NCBI GenBank assembly: GCA_964016885.1
Contig: OZ024760.1
Coordinates: 4,836,001-4,900,000 of the forward strand
Length of the DNA: 64,000 nt
Direction of reading: 5' to 3'
DNA from: Eledone cirrhosa
Taxonomy: Eukaryota
Shown here: positions 13,851 through 28,365 of the stretch, in pieces
Layout of the letters: each line of letters opens with the position of its first letter
Position numbering within the stretch: position 1 is the first letter of the stretch
Program-made: the position numbers and the translations under genes
Notes under the pieces: generated by a model
What the model saw: only the letters and a program-made list of their open reading frames with translations
What the model was told of the DNA's origin: nothing
The model's database searches: none

Positions 13851-15857
13851 CCGGATGTAACGCGTGTGCAATAATATATAATAAATAAAATTGTTAATTT
13901 ATATATAATGAATAATATAATATATACTATGTATATAAATAAATATCATATATTTTTTATTTTACTATATTTATGTATAATATGCATCATTTGATATTAA
14001 ATATACTATTATATCATCTCCACCACCCACCCTCACTGTTCTTTTAGACCCTAGTGCTCCCCGGACCTTCTCAATGTTCCTCTTTGAGAAACTCTGCATT
14101 AGATAATGTAATTATAGTTACACTCTATCTGTGGAAAATATGGTGATCTATGATCTGGAATAGCTTTGATGATAGGTCTGTTCATGCTGACCTAGGGCTA
14201 AATACCACCACCACCAGTTTGGCAAACTAATGTTTTTATAGTTACATGTGAATGCTTTAAGACAATAAACCAGGACTCCCACCACACTACACTGCACCAC
14301 CACTGCCACCATAATTAGTATTGTAATTACTATTGTGGTCTGCTGTCAGTACTACTACCACCACCACCACCATGATCACACTTACCCACATTATCTGTAC
14401 TATAATTACAACTACTATCACCAACACTACTTCCCACCACCACCACCATGATCACAGAACCCACATCTGTGCTGTAATTGCTGCTTCCACCACCACCACC
14501 ACCACCACCACCACTACTACTACTACTACTATATCAAAGTTGCAATTATAAAACCATGTCATCACCAATACCTTCACCAATGCTACAATTAACACCACTG
14601 GCACACATACTACTACTACTACTACAAGCTACAATTACCAGAAACACTAGTCATTCTTGTCACCATTACCACCACCACTACCACTTTTTTCTCTGTCCCC
14701 ACGACCATTTTCACCTCCACCACCACTTCCACTTTCACCACCACAACCAACAACAACATCAAGACATCACACTACTACAACTAGTACTAACACATACCAA
14801 AATTACCATACCAACATTATCACTGTCACTAACACACTCCTACACTGACATACCACCTCTACCACCAACATAACACCAATACCAGTTATGTTCTAGTGTC
14901 AGACCTGTCAACTCTTCCAGTTGGGAGTGGGGAGATCTCCCACCCACCTTAGGGCATGTGAGATATGTCTTCCCTTGTGAAAATGGGTATAGCTTTCATT
15001 ATGTAAAATCTCCCCATTTTGCCTCATTTCTCCCCATTTTGGAGCATTTCTCACCGTTTTGGGGCACTTTTTTTCATGATACTCCCCATTTGGCTTTTTA
15101 GAGGTTGGATAAGTTCCATCAATAATTGTTTCCACTTTTTGGCACAAGGCCAGCAAATACCCAGTACATTACTGGTACTTTATTTTATCGACCCCATAAG
15201 GATGAAAGGCAAAGTTAACCTCGGCGGGATTTGAACTCAGACCATAAAGGGCCGTAACTCTTTGCTGCAAAGAATGGCGTCCGACCCTCTACCGATACTG
15301 CCAATCCACTGCCATCAATAATGATGGCAAATAGCATTGAATGTATTTAATTTTTGGAGTCCAGGATTACTATGCAATATAAACCATTTTCTCCAAAATG
15401 GCGGACTAAATACACACGTGTTTTTTCTCAAAATGTCCAAAATATAAAGACTCTTTTCCTACTATATCAAGCGTTAAACTAATATATTTCTTCATTGTAC
15501 TGTGTTGTTTGCTTTTTTATTTCTGTATACCTTTTGCAAAGATATATACCTGGATTACTGGATATATGGATAATCATAGAAACTGAGAAATTTGCGTTTT
15601 GATAAATTAATTGTTTGCATAAGAGATACCCTAAAGTTTATGGTAATTAGTAACACAGAAGGGATAAACAAATAATGATATTTTGATTTATTTCTAAGAT
15701 ATAATTACATCAATGTTCAGCATATATGTACAAATGACATACAAGATTAAATATGTATGAGTAACTTTGGAGAAATAGCTATTTACAGGGACAAATGTAG
15801 GGTTAGAACCCAGAATCTTGTAACTGAAAAGGGAACTTCATATTGTAGCATTGTGTA

Positions 15858-16210
15858 TACGAGGAAGCTTCAAAAAGTTTGTGAAAACGTACATAGCTAA
15901 AAATCATATGCAGGTATTTTGATCTCAATGCACCTGTACGTTCTTATATTAACATGTCATAACATGTAACATGAACCCTTAAATGCATGTTGCAATGCGG
16001 CACCCACAGTCGGAAGTCAGCACCTACTCGAGCAACATGGATGAGGTTGAAGATGATCCCCAGTTGAAGATGTAAAAAAAAGCTGCTTTGCCATGGTTTA
16101 AATCACATGGACCTCAATTTTACACAGATGGACTTAAAGGCTGGTATCAACACTTGCAGAAGTCTATTGACCTAGATGGAGCATATGTTAAAAAAATAAA
16201 TATCATAATT
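15858..16210 (+). mobile_element. Internally deleted mariner relic
   Basis: TACGAGG...TTCAAAAAGT TIR-like start; C-terminal transposase remnant WFKSHGPQFYTDGLKGWYQHLQKSIDLDGAYVKK-stop. Confidence 0.75.
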
Positions 16211-16669
16211 TAAACTGTTTTTTCCAACTGTCTTGTGTGTCTAAATTTCAAAGATTGACATGGGTTTGACAGCTCATCGCGGTCTTAAATTAGACTGGTT
16301 AAAGAATCATGTCTTGTTTGGTATGGGTTGGCCAGGTCATTGTGGTCTGAGACTAGACTGATCAAACAAAAAAACAAAAAAACAAAAGGGTCACATCTAG
16401 AACACCTGATCAGAGGTTTACTTCACTCACACTGGTACACATCCTCAATGACACACACATACACTGACGTGTGTGGTGGGTGTATGTTTGTGGGTGGGTG
16501 TGTTTCTTCTTCTCACTCTCCTCTATCTTACTATTTATTCTTACTATTTAACATTCGAAACGTTAAGATTCTTTTCATACTATATCAAGTGTTAAACTGT
16601 ATTATTTTGCTAAAAATTGCCTCCTGTGTATTGTTGTTTCATTTATTAGCTATATATATATTTATTAGC

Positions 16670-16701
<32 letters not shown>

Positions 16702-16742
16702 CGAAACATAAGTCAATTGCATGAACTCATAATCCTTTATTT

Positions 16743-16798
16743 ACTGCTATATATATTTCGATGATAGCCATTGAATGGCTATGACCTCATCAGGCAGT
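16743..16798 (-). ncRNA. Minimal type-I hammerhead ribozyme, second copy of the same family (~16697-16861)
   Basis: actgc CTGATGA ggtcatagccat-tca-atggctatcatc GAAA tatata TA gcagt. Confidence 0.8.
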
Positions 16799-16857
16799 TA
16801 GTCAGTTCTTAGATATGCCAGCTCTGTGTTTATAGTGTTGATGGTATCAGAACCTTG

Positions 16858-16919
<62 letters not shown>

Positions 16920-17103
16920 ATACATAGAGAGAGAGATGAGAATGTTTGTGTAAGAGAGTATTGTGTGTGTGTGTGTATGTATGTATATATATATATATAT
17001 TAATGTATGACTGTCAAATTAGATGGTATCCTGTAATAGTGTGGATGAACAAATGTATGGGTGTATATATATATACACACACATACATTTGTTCATGTGT
17101 ATG

Positions 17104-17134
<31 letters not shown>

Positions 17135-17380
17135 GCATACATATATATATATAACGAAGGAAATGTGGTAAGGAACCAGGTGGACCATAACACACCAAAG
17201 TACTCAATACTTAGGGTAGTAGAGTGGGTAATAGGAACGAGTAGGACCCCGACGGCTGAGCTCAAGCCGTTTCGACGGCTAATGGTCAGAGGTTCGTTGT
17301 AGAGACACATAATATTATGTGTCTCTACAACAAACTTCTGACCAATCCTTGTGACAATCACTTTTACCATATATGGAATT

Positions 17381-17476
17381 ACCCCCTGAGAAGCTCGGCT
17401 ATTCATATACCAGGATAAAAATTTTCATTTAGTCCAGAATTAGCCGTCGAAACGGCTTGAGCTCAGCCGTCGGGGT
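17381..17476 (+). ncRNA. Degenerate type-I hammerhead ribozyme
   Basis: acccc CTGAGAA (non-canonical) long stem II GAAA cggct-tgagctc-agccg TC ggggt. Confidence 0.6.
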
Positions 17477-17514
17477 CCTACTCGTTCCTATATATATATA
17501 TATATATATATATA

Positions 17515-17903
17515 AGTAAAACCTACTACAGTCAGTAGGCATCTCTAACAAAATACACCCCCGTCCCACCACCCCACCCCATCCACACCACCCCTTTCAA
17601 TGCAAAGTTATGTTGGTGCCACAACATCCAGGCCGAAACAAATGAGATCGTGTAGGTGTCACGACAAAAAAACACACAGTCCACGCTGTAATGTGGCCGT
17701 GTAGGCAACACGGTAAAAAGCTCCCAGTCCCACACTGTAAATGTGGTTGGTGTCAGGAAGGGCATCCAGCTGTAGAAAACCCGCCAGACAGTCCTATGCG
17801 AGCAAGACAACCACTCTTGCCTCAAGTGGGAAAACTCCCGTCCAAACCCATGCAAGCGTGGAACATGGACGTTAAACGACGATGATGATGATGATGATGA
17901 TGA
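17515..17903 (+). mobile_element. Isolated 3' UTR of A/D-type RTE LINE with (TGA)n tail
   Basis: Matches 10213-10714 without the internal duplication. Confidence 0.88.
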
Positions 17904-18309
17904 TATATATATATATATATAGGGGTTGTTGGATGAGATGGTATCCTGTAATAATTTGTATATATATATAAAGGAAGCGAGGCTTGTTAGGTGAGAGGGT
18001 GCTCAGTAATAGTGTGTATATATATGTGTGTATATATATATATAATATATATATATATATATTTCAAATAGAACCTGAACTGTTAAGGTCTGATTCCTGG
18101 GTATGTCACTATTTATATATATATATATATCATCATCATATATATATATATATATATAATCAGATATATATTATAGGGGGCGGTTAAATTAGATGGTATC
18201 CTGTATGGTTTCACATTAAGTATTTATGACCTTTTGGCTCTTCAACATGGAATGAGAGAAACACCAGGACATACCATTATCTACCACAACCCTGCTACAT
18301 CCTCTCAAC

Positions 18310-18498
18310 TCCGCTCTCTCTCTCTCACTCAACCCCCTTTCTATCTCTATCTCTCTCTACCCCTCTTTCTCTCAACCCCTCTCTCTCTATATATCTCTGC
18401 TCTGTCCTTATCTCTACCCTCTTTCTATACCCTGTCTGTCTCTCTCTTTCTACCCCTCTTTCTCTCAACCCCCTATCTCTCTCTCTCTCTCTCTCTCA

Positions 18499-18572
<74 letters not shown>

Positions 18573-19690
18573 CACACTTCTCTCTCTACCCACTCTCTCA
18601 CTCCTCTCCTCTCTCTATCTACCCACTCTCTCACCCTTCTCTCTCTATATCTACCCACACTCTCACTCCTCTCCTCTATATCTACCCACTCTCTCACTCC
18701 TCTCTCTCTATCTACCCACTCTCTCACTCCTCTCCTCTCTCTATCTACCCACTCTCTCACTCCTCTCCTCTCTCTATCTACCCACTCTCTCACCCTTCTC
18801 TCTCTCTATCTCCCCACTCTCTCACCCTTCTCTCTCTATATCTACCCACTCTCTCACTCCTCTCTCTCTATCTACCCACTCTCTCACTCCTCTCCTCTCT
18901 CTATCTACCCACTCTCTCACCCTTCTCTCTCTATATCTACCCACTCTCTCACCCTTCTCTCTCTATATCTACCCACTCTCTCACCCTTCTCTCTCTCTAT
19001 CTACCCACTCTCTCACTCCTCTCCTCTCTCTATCTACCCACTCTCTCACCCTTCTCTCTCTCTATCTACCCACTCTCTCACCCTTCTCTCTCTATATCTA
19101 CCCACTCTCTCACCCTTCTCTCTCTCTATCTACCCACTCTCTCACTCCTCTCCTCTATATCTACCCACTCTCTCACTCCTCTCTCTCTATCTACCCACTC
19201 TCTCACTCCTCTCCTCTCTCTATCTCCCCACTCTCTCACCCTTCTCTCTCTCTATCTACCCACTCTCTCACCCTTCTCTCTCTCTATCTCCCCACTCTCT
19301 CACTCCTCTCTCTCTATCTACCCACTCTCTCACTCCTCTCCTCTCTCTATCTCCCCACTCTCTCACCCTTCTCTCTCTCTATCTACCCACTCTCTCACCC
19401 TTCTCTCTCTCTCTACCCACTCTCTCACTCCTCTCCTCTATATCTACCCACTCTCTCACTCCTCTCTCTCTATCTACCCACTCTCTCACTCCTCTCCTCT
19501 CTCTATCTCCCCACTCTCTCACCCTTCTCTCTCTCTATCTCCCCACTCTCTCACTCCTCTCTCTCTATCTACCCACTCTCTCACTCCTCTCTCTATCTAC
19601 CCACTCTCTCACTCCTCTCCTCTCTCTATCTACCCACTCTCTCACCCTTCTCTCTCTCTCTACCCACTCTCTCACTCCTCTCCTCTATAT
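18310..19690. repeat. CT-rich minisatellite (core CTATCTACCCACTCTCTCAC)
   Basis: Dozens of variant units. Confidence 0.93.
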
Positions 19691-19830
19691 CAGTATAACT
19701 TGGTACATACCAATACACTACTTACAGAAACCATGACTTGTGTTGTTATTGTTGTTTTCTTTTAGAATACTCAATATGTTTAGAGCTGAGTTTATGTGTG
19801 TCCATATATGTATGTATATAAGCATAAATG

Positions 19831-19861
<31 letters not shown>

Positions 19862-19934
19862 GTGTGTATATTATATTTATATATCATATATATGTATATA
19901 TATGTATATATATATATATGTATATATATATATG

Positions 19935-19997
<63 letters not shown>

Positions 19998-20112
19998 GTA
20001 TAAATATATATATGTATAAATATATATATGTATAAATATATATGTATAAATATATATATGTATATATATATATATATATGTATATTATATTTATATATCA
20101 TATATAAATATA

Positions 20113-20149
<37 letters not shown>

Positions 20150-20567
20150 TATATTTATATATCATATATATATATGTATATTATATTTATATATTATATA
20201 TATGTATATTATATTTATATATTATATATATGTATATTATATTTATATATCATATATATATATATATTATATTTATATATTATATATATGTATATTATAT
20301 TTATATATCATATATATATATATATTATATTTATATATCATATATATATATATATATTATATATATATATATTATATTTATATATCATATATATATATAT
20401 ATATTATATTTATATATCATATATATATATATTATATTTATATATCATATATATATATATATATATAATATTTATATATCATATATATATATATTATATT
20501 TATATATATATATATATATATTATATTTATATATATATATATATTATATTTATATATTATATATATA

Positions 20568-22407
20568 TCATCATCATCATCATCATCATCATTTTACGTC
20601 CGCTTTTCCCTGCTTGCAAGGGTGGGACGGGTCTTATTTAGCACAGCATCTCTCCACTCGTCACGGTCCCTCGTCATCTCCACCGTGAGCTTCAATGATC
20701 TGAGGTCTGTTCTCACCACCTCCGCCCATGTTTTTCGTGGTCTACCTCTACCACGTCTTCCTTCAACTGGCATTTCCTGGCACTTCTTCACCCATCGGTC
20801 ATCCTCCATGCGCATCACATGTCCATACCACCTCAGTCTCCTCTCCCGTACACTACATTCTATCCCTCTCAGACACAGTTTTTCTCTCAACACATTTATG
20901 CTGGGTCGTTCACGCACATTTACACTGCACATCCAACGGAGCATGCTTGCCTCATTTCTCTCCAGCCGTTGCATATCCTCTGCATATCAGCCTCGGAACA
21001 CCCTCCTCCCATGCTAATCTGATCTCCTAGGTACCGGAAGCTATCCACCACTTCTATAGCGCCCTCTCGCATTTGAAAAATGTGTCTATCAGTGCGACTT
21101 CTACTGTCTAATTTCCCTGTACATCTACTGCATACATATTTCTCCCTACCTGTTAGTTTGCCTGCTATCCCGCTACATCTCTTGTGTACCCAGGACCTAC
21201 ATTGTGTGCATTTTATAGAATTTATGCCAGTTCCTTTTCTGCATATCGAACATGGCCATTTCCCTGACGGAATCAGGGTTTTGTCCTCTTTTCTACTCAT
21301 CAACACTTTTGTCTTAGCTAGATTTACTCTCAGTCCTCTTGCTTCCAACTGCTGTTTCCATAGCCGGAATTTATTCTCTAGCTCCTCTACTGATTCTGCC
21401 ATAAGAGCCAGATCGTCAGCATAGAGAAGTTCCCATGGACAGCCAGTCTTAAACTCCTCTGTTATGGCTTGGAGGACTATAATGAACAAGAGCGGGCTGA
21501 GGACCGAACCCTGATGTACTCCTACTTGTATCTGGAATTCCTCACTAAACTCCATTCCTACCCTGACTTTACTGAGAGTACCTCTGTACAAAGTTTGCAC
21601 TGTCCTTACAAGCCATTCCTCAACACCCAGCTTCCTTAGGGACCACCAGATGACAGATCGGGGTACCCTATCAAAGGCCTTCTCTAGGTCAACAAAGGCT
21701 AAGTATAGTGGCTTATTCTTCTCTAAGAACCTCTCTTGCATTTGTCTCACCAAGAAGAGGGCATCTGTTGTACTCTTCCCAGGCACAAAACCAAACTGCA
21801 TCTCATCTAGTTTGACCCTTTCTCTAATTAGTTGTGCTAAAATCCTTTCTGCCACTTTCATAACCTGATCTATCAGTTTTATACCCCTATAATTGCTCCT
21901 CTCCAAAGCATCCCCTTTACCTTTGTAGCAATTTATGAGAATACTGCTGCACCAGTCTTTGGGTATGACACCACCATATATAGCCTGATTGATTATGCGT
22001 GCAACCAGTTTAGTGCCTACGTCCCCTGATGCCTTCAGCATCTCAGCAACTATTCCCGATGGTCCGGCCGCCTTACCATTTTTCATTTCCCTAATCGCCT
22101 CTTGGACCCTATATTCGTCAATCTCAATAGCTGGTCCCTCTGTCGGATCTACTAAGGGTAATTTCTCTCTCTCCCATTCGTTCTCCACACTCATCAGTCT
22201 CTCATAATGACATTTCCAGGCCTCCTTTTTCTGATTATTCATGACACTAAGTACACCGGCATCATCCCGGACACATTTATCTCCAACATCCTGATTTGCA
22301 TTGACACACTGCCTTGCAATGTGGAACACCGCACGCCTCTGATCTTCCCGTCGCAGAACATTGGCAAACCTCCTACTCTCTGCCTCCCTGCGTGCTAAGT
22401 ACACCTG
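20568..22407 (-). mobile_element. 5'-truncated RTE LINE (copy B, distinct subfamily) with internal C-terminal deletion
   Basis: ORF 20920-22404 has RT motifs; about 50 codons between GGGCSE and DMQRLERNE are missing relative to copy C; very short 3' UTR and (TGA)n tail. Confidence 0.92.
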
Positions 22408-22427
22408 ACGTTATATTATATTTATAT

Positions 22428-22471
<44 letters not shown>

Positions 22472-22762
22472 TTATATATCATATATATATATATATATAT
22501 ATATTATATTTATATATCATATATATATATATATATATATTATATTTATATATCAAAGTTAATCTCAAATCCCGCCGAGATTAACTTTGCCTTTCATCTT
22601 TACGGGATTGATAAAATAAAGTACCAGTAATGTACTGGGAATTTGCTGGCGTTGTGCCAAAAAGTAGAAACAATTATATTTATATATCATATATATGTAT
22701 ATGTATATTATATTTATATATTATATGTATATGATATATATATATGTATATTATATTTATAT

Positions 22763-22800
<38 letters not shown>

Positions 22801-22888
22801 TGTGTGTTTAGTTCATCTTTTTCTTTATCTCATTCCCTGCCATTGTTTAATTTAGACACACACACGCACGCACGCACGCACGCACGCA

Positions 22889-22935
<47 letters not shown>

Positions 22936-23699
22936 TTCTGATAGTCTTGTAAATTACAAAGTTCCAGAAATTGTAACAAACCATTCTATTTTTATCCACC
23001 CCACCCCACTCATCAACACACATATACATACAATCCAACCACAGCCACCACCACTCAATCATCCCCCCTCATCCGCTCCCTGCCATCTGTCTACCCACCC
23101 ACAGGCCTTACTCTCTCACTCTCCATATCTACTCTCTCTCTCTATTTATCCATCCTTGTATTTTCTCACAAGGCAGCGAATTGGCAGAGTCTTTAACCCT
23201 TTAATGTTCAAACCGGCCAAAACCGGGCAGAATTCTCTACCTCTTTCTATTGAAACTGGCTGTAACTGGCCACTCAAACTGGTGTTAAGGTATTGTTCTC
23301 AAAATAAATACTTACAAAATCTCATAGATTCGATATTATGTGAGATAATTATGTGAGGTAAAGCCTTTACCATGAAAATATAATAGTATATATATAGAGT
23401 AATGTGAATACTAAAGGGTTAGAACATCAGATAAAATGCTTTATGGTATACATTCTGGCTCTCTGAGTTTAAATCCCACTGAGGTCAACTTTGCATTTCA
23501 TCCATTTGAGGTCAATTTTTCCTCTATATCTCTTTCTTATTCTCTGTCCTGCTCAGGAAGAAATCTGTTATACTTAAGCCTCGAGAAGGGATGGGCTCTG
23601 CCAGGCTTTTCATCCTTCCGAGGTCGATAAAAAAAGTATCAGTCTAGAACTGGGGTCGATTCTTCCTCTATATCTCTTTCTCATTTCTTCTCTCTCACT

Positions 23700-23835
23700 T
23701 TCTATCTTTCTCTGGAAGAAGTCTGCTGTACTAGGGCCTGGAGCGGGATGGACTCCGCCAGGCTTAAAATGCCCAAGAAACGCTGTATGTCAATATGGCG
23801 CCCCTACAACTCTATCAGGAGTTACAGGACCATCC
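23700..23835 (+). repeat. Unclassified ~130-bp dispersed repeat; also ~3180-3260, 29130-29262, 33170-33250(-), 57565-57660
   Basis: CTGGAGAGGGATGGGCTCCGCCAGGCTTAAAATGCC...GTATGTCAATACGGCGCCCCTACGAC. Confidence 0.75.
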
Positions 23836-25104
23836 ATACATACCATCTTCTCAGTCAGATCTCCTTCAAGTGTGACATGAGAGCCTACCATCCAAAATAG
23901 AGAAGAATATATGATTAGAGCTAACAAAGGAGCATATTACTTGACCTGCTAATAATAACAGCCAAATCTCCTTCAAATGAGACCCTACCATCTTAAATAG
24001 AGAAGGTGTTATTGGGTATGTAAAAAGTGATGTTCAAGGCTGAAAGAACCTTTGATCATTTGTCAACTGGATCAGGGCTGACCCAGGGCTAAACAATAGC
24101 AACAACAAATTGTTATTATAACCAAAATCGTATCTGAAATATCAGGGACAGAATAGGGCCCAGTTTTGATCCTGCCATGTGACACAAGTGTCTCTCTCTC
24201 TCCAAGACAGTGCAACAACTGTTGGTCACACAAACACTTTAGACTGCAACCAAAGGATGGTCATCTGACCAACACCATCACCATAACTACTATCAACAAC
24301 AACAACAACACCACTAATACCATCATCAACAACAATAACAACATCACCGACAACAACAATAGCAACAATATAACAACACCTACACCACCACTACCACCAA
24401 CAACACCTCCACCACCACCAACAACAACGACACCACCACTAACACGACTAACAACAACCACAACAAACAAGCCTACCAGTCAAGACAAAACTACTGCATG
24501 TTTTTGCACCCCTACCCTCACTCACACTCCACCAATCTGCATCTGTGAGGTGGAGGTGTGTGTGTGTGGGGGGGGGGGGGGGGTAATACCCGCCGCCACC
24601 CCCATACCTCTCCTTCAGCTCATTGCTGTTGGTATTTTATGTAACCTTACACCTTCATAATACAGTAATACAGCATCCTCATCATATTTTACAGAAGAGG
24701 GAAGGGGGATTCAGGGTTAGAAGGGGTGAATTTATTGCGCAGTAGAGGTGAGGGGGGGTGTGTTGGTAGATGGGGTGTACTGGATTACCCACATCACTCC
24801 TTAATTCTGCTTTGAAGGTTGTGCTAGGTGTTGGTTGTGTGTTGGATAAGGTGGGGTGAAAGGTTGTTCTATCATATTGTTATCTGACAGGAGGGGGGTT
24901 GGATTTTTGTTTACCAACTTGGCTGTGTGTGTATATGTGTATGTATATATGTATATATACATGCATGTGTGTGTCTTTGTGCCTTATTGAAAACACTATT
25001 CTGTGTGTGTGTGTGTGTGTATATATGTGTTTGTATGTGAGTGTATGTATGTGTGTGCATGTATGGATATGTGTTACTGGAGACATTTCTGTGTTCCTAT
25101 GTGT

Positions 25105-25608
25105 GGCTTGGGTCTTTCGGCTGGTATGGCAGGGCACTGAGTTTTGCTGCCACATGTATGGCCTACCTGCAGCTATCTGGTCGATCCAGGGCTTTACTAC
25201 CTCGATCAGAATGCGGATGTAGCCATCGGTGTTCAGCTTGAGGCCCTCAGGGAAGAAGTGAGGTGGCATGACGTCACCTTGACTGCTGACGACACCTAAG
25301 ACCAATGTTGTCGCTGGAAACTTTGTCTGCATGACTCTGGGCACGTCTTAGGATGAGACACCATTCTCCTGCTGACGCTGAGAAAGTCTGAAATTTCCTT
25401 ATTTGTCCTCCCAGCACAGATTCCAAGAAGAACTCCGTGTCTCTTCCACAAATTTGGAGGTTCAAAATTATTCATAATCAATTCTTCTGAAAATAAATAA
25501 TGGAAATATAGTCACTGTTTTTATGAAGACAAGAGTGACAACGGAAGTAAAAAAAATTTGCATAAAATTAGCAGTTGAAAATTGCAAACAAATATCGCCC
25601 TCACCCTG
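25105..25608 (-). mobile_element. Tc1/mariner DD37D (maT-like) transposon relic
   Basis: KFPATTLVLGVVSSQGDVMPPHFF...VVKPW...YMWQQNSVPCHTS; TA|CAGGGTG terminus at 25608. Confidence 0.8.
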
Positions 25609-25710
25609 TATATATACAGGTATGCAAAACGTAAACAAAAATAACAAAGCAAACAACACAGTACAATGAAGATATATATTAGTTTAACGCATGAAATAGT
25701 AAGAAAAGGG

Positions 25711-25746
25711 TCTTAACGTTTCAGACACTAGTCCTTCATCAGAAGA
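25711..25746 (-). ncRNA. Minimal hammerhead ribozyme in element ~25613-25850; degenerate relatives at ~15395-15545, 16510-16645, 30950-31050
   Basis: tctt CTGATGA ag-gactagtgt-ct GAAA cg TT aaga; palindromic ACGT at stem III. Confidence 0.65.
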
Positions 25747-27510
25747 TAGAATGAGAACTAAAAGATGAAATAGAAAGATAGAGAGTAAGAAGAGTAAGGA
25801 ATGGAAAAACATTTTTTGAGAAAAAAACACGTGTGTTCAGTCAGCCATTAACCCTTTAATGTTCAAACCAGCCAAAACCGGCCAGAATTCTCTACCTTTT
25901 TCTGTTTGAAACTGGCTGTAACTGGTCACTCAAACTGATGTTAAGGTATTGTTCTCAAAATAAATACTTTCAAAATCTCATAGATTCGATATTATATGAG
26001 ATAATTATGTGGAGTAAAGCCTTTACCATGAAAATATAATAGTATATATAGAGTAATGTGAATGCTAATGGGTTAAGGCACATGGCTTGGTGGTTAGAGA
26101 TTTCAGCTTACAAGCATAAGGTCATGTGTTTAATACCTAGCAATGGGTTGTGTCCTTCAGTAAGGCATCTTATTTCATGTTGCTCCAGTTTTCTTGTTGC
26201 ACCTGTAATTTAACTCTTTAGCATTTACATATATATTTACATCTATATTTACTGTTGTATTTTCACAGTAAAGGTTTTATCTTACACAATTATCTCACAT
26301 AATATCAAGTCTACAAGTGGAGATTTTGATTTTATTTATTTTGAGAACAATACCTTAACATAAGTATCAGTGGCCAGTTACAACTGGTTTGAACAGAAAG
26401 AGGTGAGAAAATTCTGGCCGAATATGACCAGTTTAAATGATAAAGGGTTAAAAGGCCAGTCTTGCCAGACCTTGTATCTCATTAGATCTCCCTGAGAACT
26501 ATCTTAAAGGTTCACATGTCTGTGGAATCATCAGCTACTTGCATGTTAATTTTACAAGCAGGCTCTTCTATTGGCTTTGACTAAGCTACTTGGACACTTA
26601 TCAGATCCAATGTAGGTGGGGTGGGGGGTGGGGGTCCACAACACATACACACACATATTTAAAAGATTCCTGTTTAGGGCTAAAATGTTTCACCCACAGT
26701 CAGTTGTCGACCCTCTCCTTAAGTAAGGCTCACACTGGAGTACAGCTCATATATGTAGGGACATCATCATCGATTAACGTCTATCTTCCATGTTAGCATG
26801 GGTTAGGTGAGTTTGTCCAATTTAGAAACAAGTTTGGTCGGGTGACCGTGTCTCGCTCATATAGGAGAGTTTCTGGCTGGTTTTCTACAGCTTGATGCCC
26901 TTCCTAACGCCAACCACATTGACAGTGTATGCTGGGTGATTTTTGTCCTGTCACCTACTTGCTGTGACTTTTACACGTCCACATTACAGTGTGGGGTGGG
27001 TGCTTTTTGTCGTGACACTTACACAATCACTTTACAGTGTGGGCTGGATATTGTTATAACACAGGCTGGAGTACTGGAGTCCAGCTCTCATCTTTAACTC
27101 TCACTGGAGTACCGCTCACATCTGTGTCACTCACTGAAGTACAGCACAGATTTTGAGGGACAGTTTTGCTGCAAACGTCATGGGCACTGTCCCCCCACCT
27201 CTGGCTAACTTACTAAAAGAAGCAGATAAAACAAAGAAAGAAAACAAAATATAAATAAAAGGCCATGAAATCAGATTGAAAATAAATAAATATAGGTTGT
27301 ATCTTCTTTTGAATACTACAGACATTAGTCATGACATTAGTCACAATATCGCTTTTAGTAACCAAAAAAAAACCCCAACAAATTCTATATATACATACAC
27401 ACACATGCACACATGCACACATGCACACATGATCCTAGTAGAAACTAAACACCTGTCACCAACAATCCACCTGATCACATTTAATAGGTCTAATAGGTGC
27501 ACCTTGTTAG

Positions 27511-27599
<89 letters not shown>

Positions 27600-28161
27600 T
27601 ATATTTAACAAAGGAAATGTGGTAAGGAACCAGATGGACCATAATGCATCAAAGTACTCAATACTTAGGCTAGTAGAGTGGGTAATAGGAACAAGTATGA
27701 CCCCGACGGCAGAGCTCAAGCCGTTTCTACGGCTAATTCTGGACTAAATAAGAATTTTTAGCCTGGTAGGGGCTTGCAATTGAAAGGTTGTGAGTTCAAT
27801 TCTCGGACCGGGTGATGTGTTGTTTCCTTGAGCAAGACACTTTATTTCACGTTGCTCCAGTTTACTCAGCTGTAAAAATGAGTACCGGCCTGCTCGCCCA
27901 GCCAATGGGATGGCGTTATCTTACGGCTAAAACAGCACGACGTGTTGTGACCAGCGGCGCCGATTGCCGCCCGACAGACTGGTCGGTCAAAGTGATCAAG
28001 GTGATATATATATATATTTCGTTTCTGAATTTGTTTATCAAAATTCTTTATCTGAAAATGTGTGTTGAAACCTTTGGGAGGGTCATGTTGCCAATAAAAA
28101 ATACATTCACACACGTAGGACAGAACAAAGGAGAGGCACAAAACAAAGAAAAGAATCCCCA

Positions 28162-28192
28162 GTCACTGAAGAGGTGACGAAAGAACTTTGAC
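28162..28192 (+). ncRNA. Possible very short hammerhead between ~40-bp inverted repeats (~28072-28112 / 28275-28314)
   Basis: gtca CTGAAGA ggtgac GAAA gaac TT tgac. Confidence 0.5.
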
Positions 28193-28318
28193 AATATATG
28201 AACAACCATCCGGTTGTGGAACCAACCAACCAGAAATTTATAAAATTTATAATAAAATGAAGTGAATGCAACTGGTGTGTGTGTGTTTCTTATTGGCAAC
28301 ATGATCCTCCCAAAGTAT

Positions 28319-28365
<47 letters not shown>

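Noticed and set aside
17015-18205. Three same-orientation AGATGGTATCCTGTA motifs as a DNA transposon
   Set aside because: TIR-like, but no inverted partner or internal sequence to define an element
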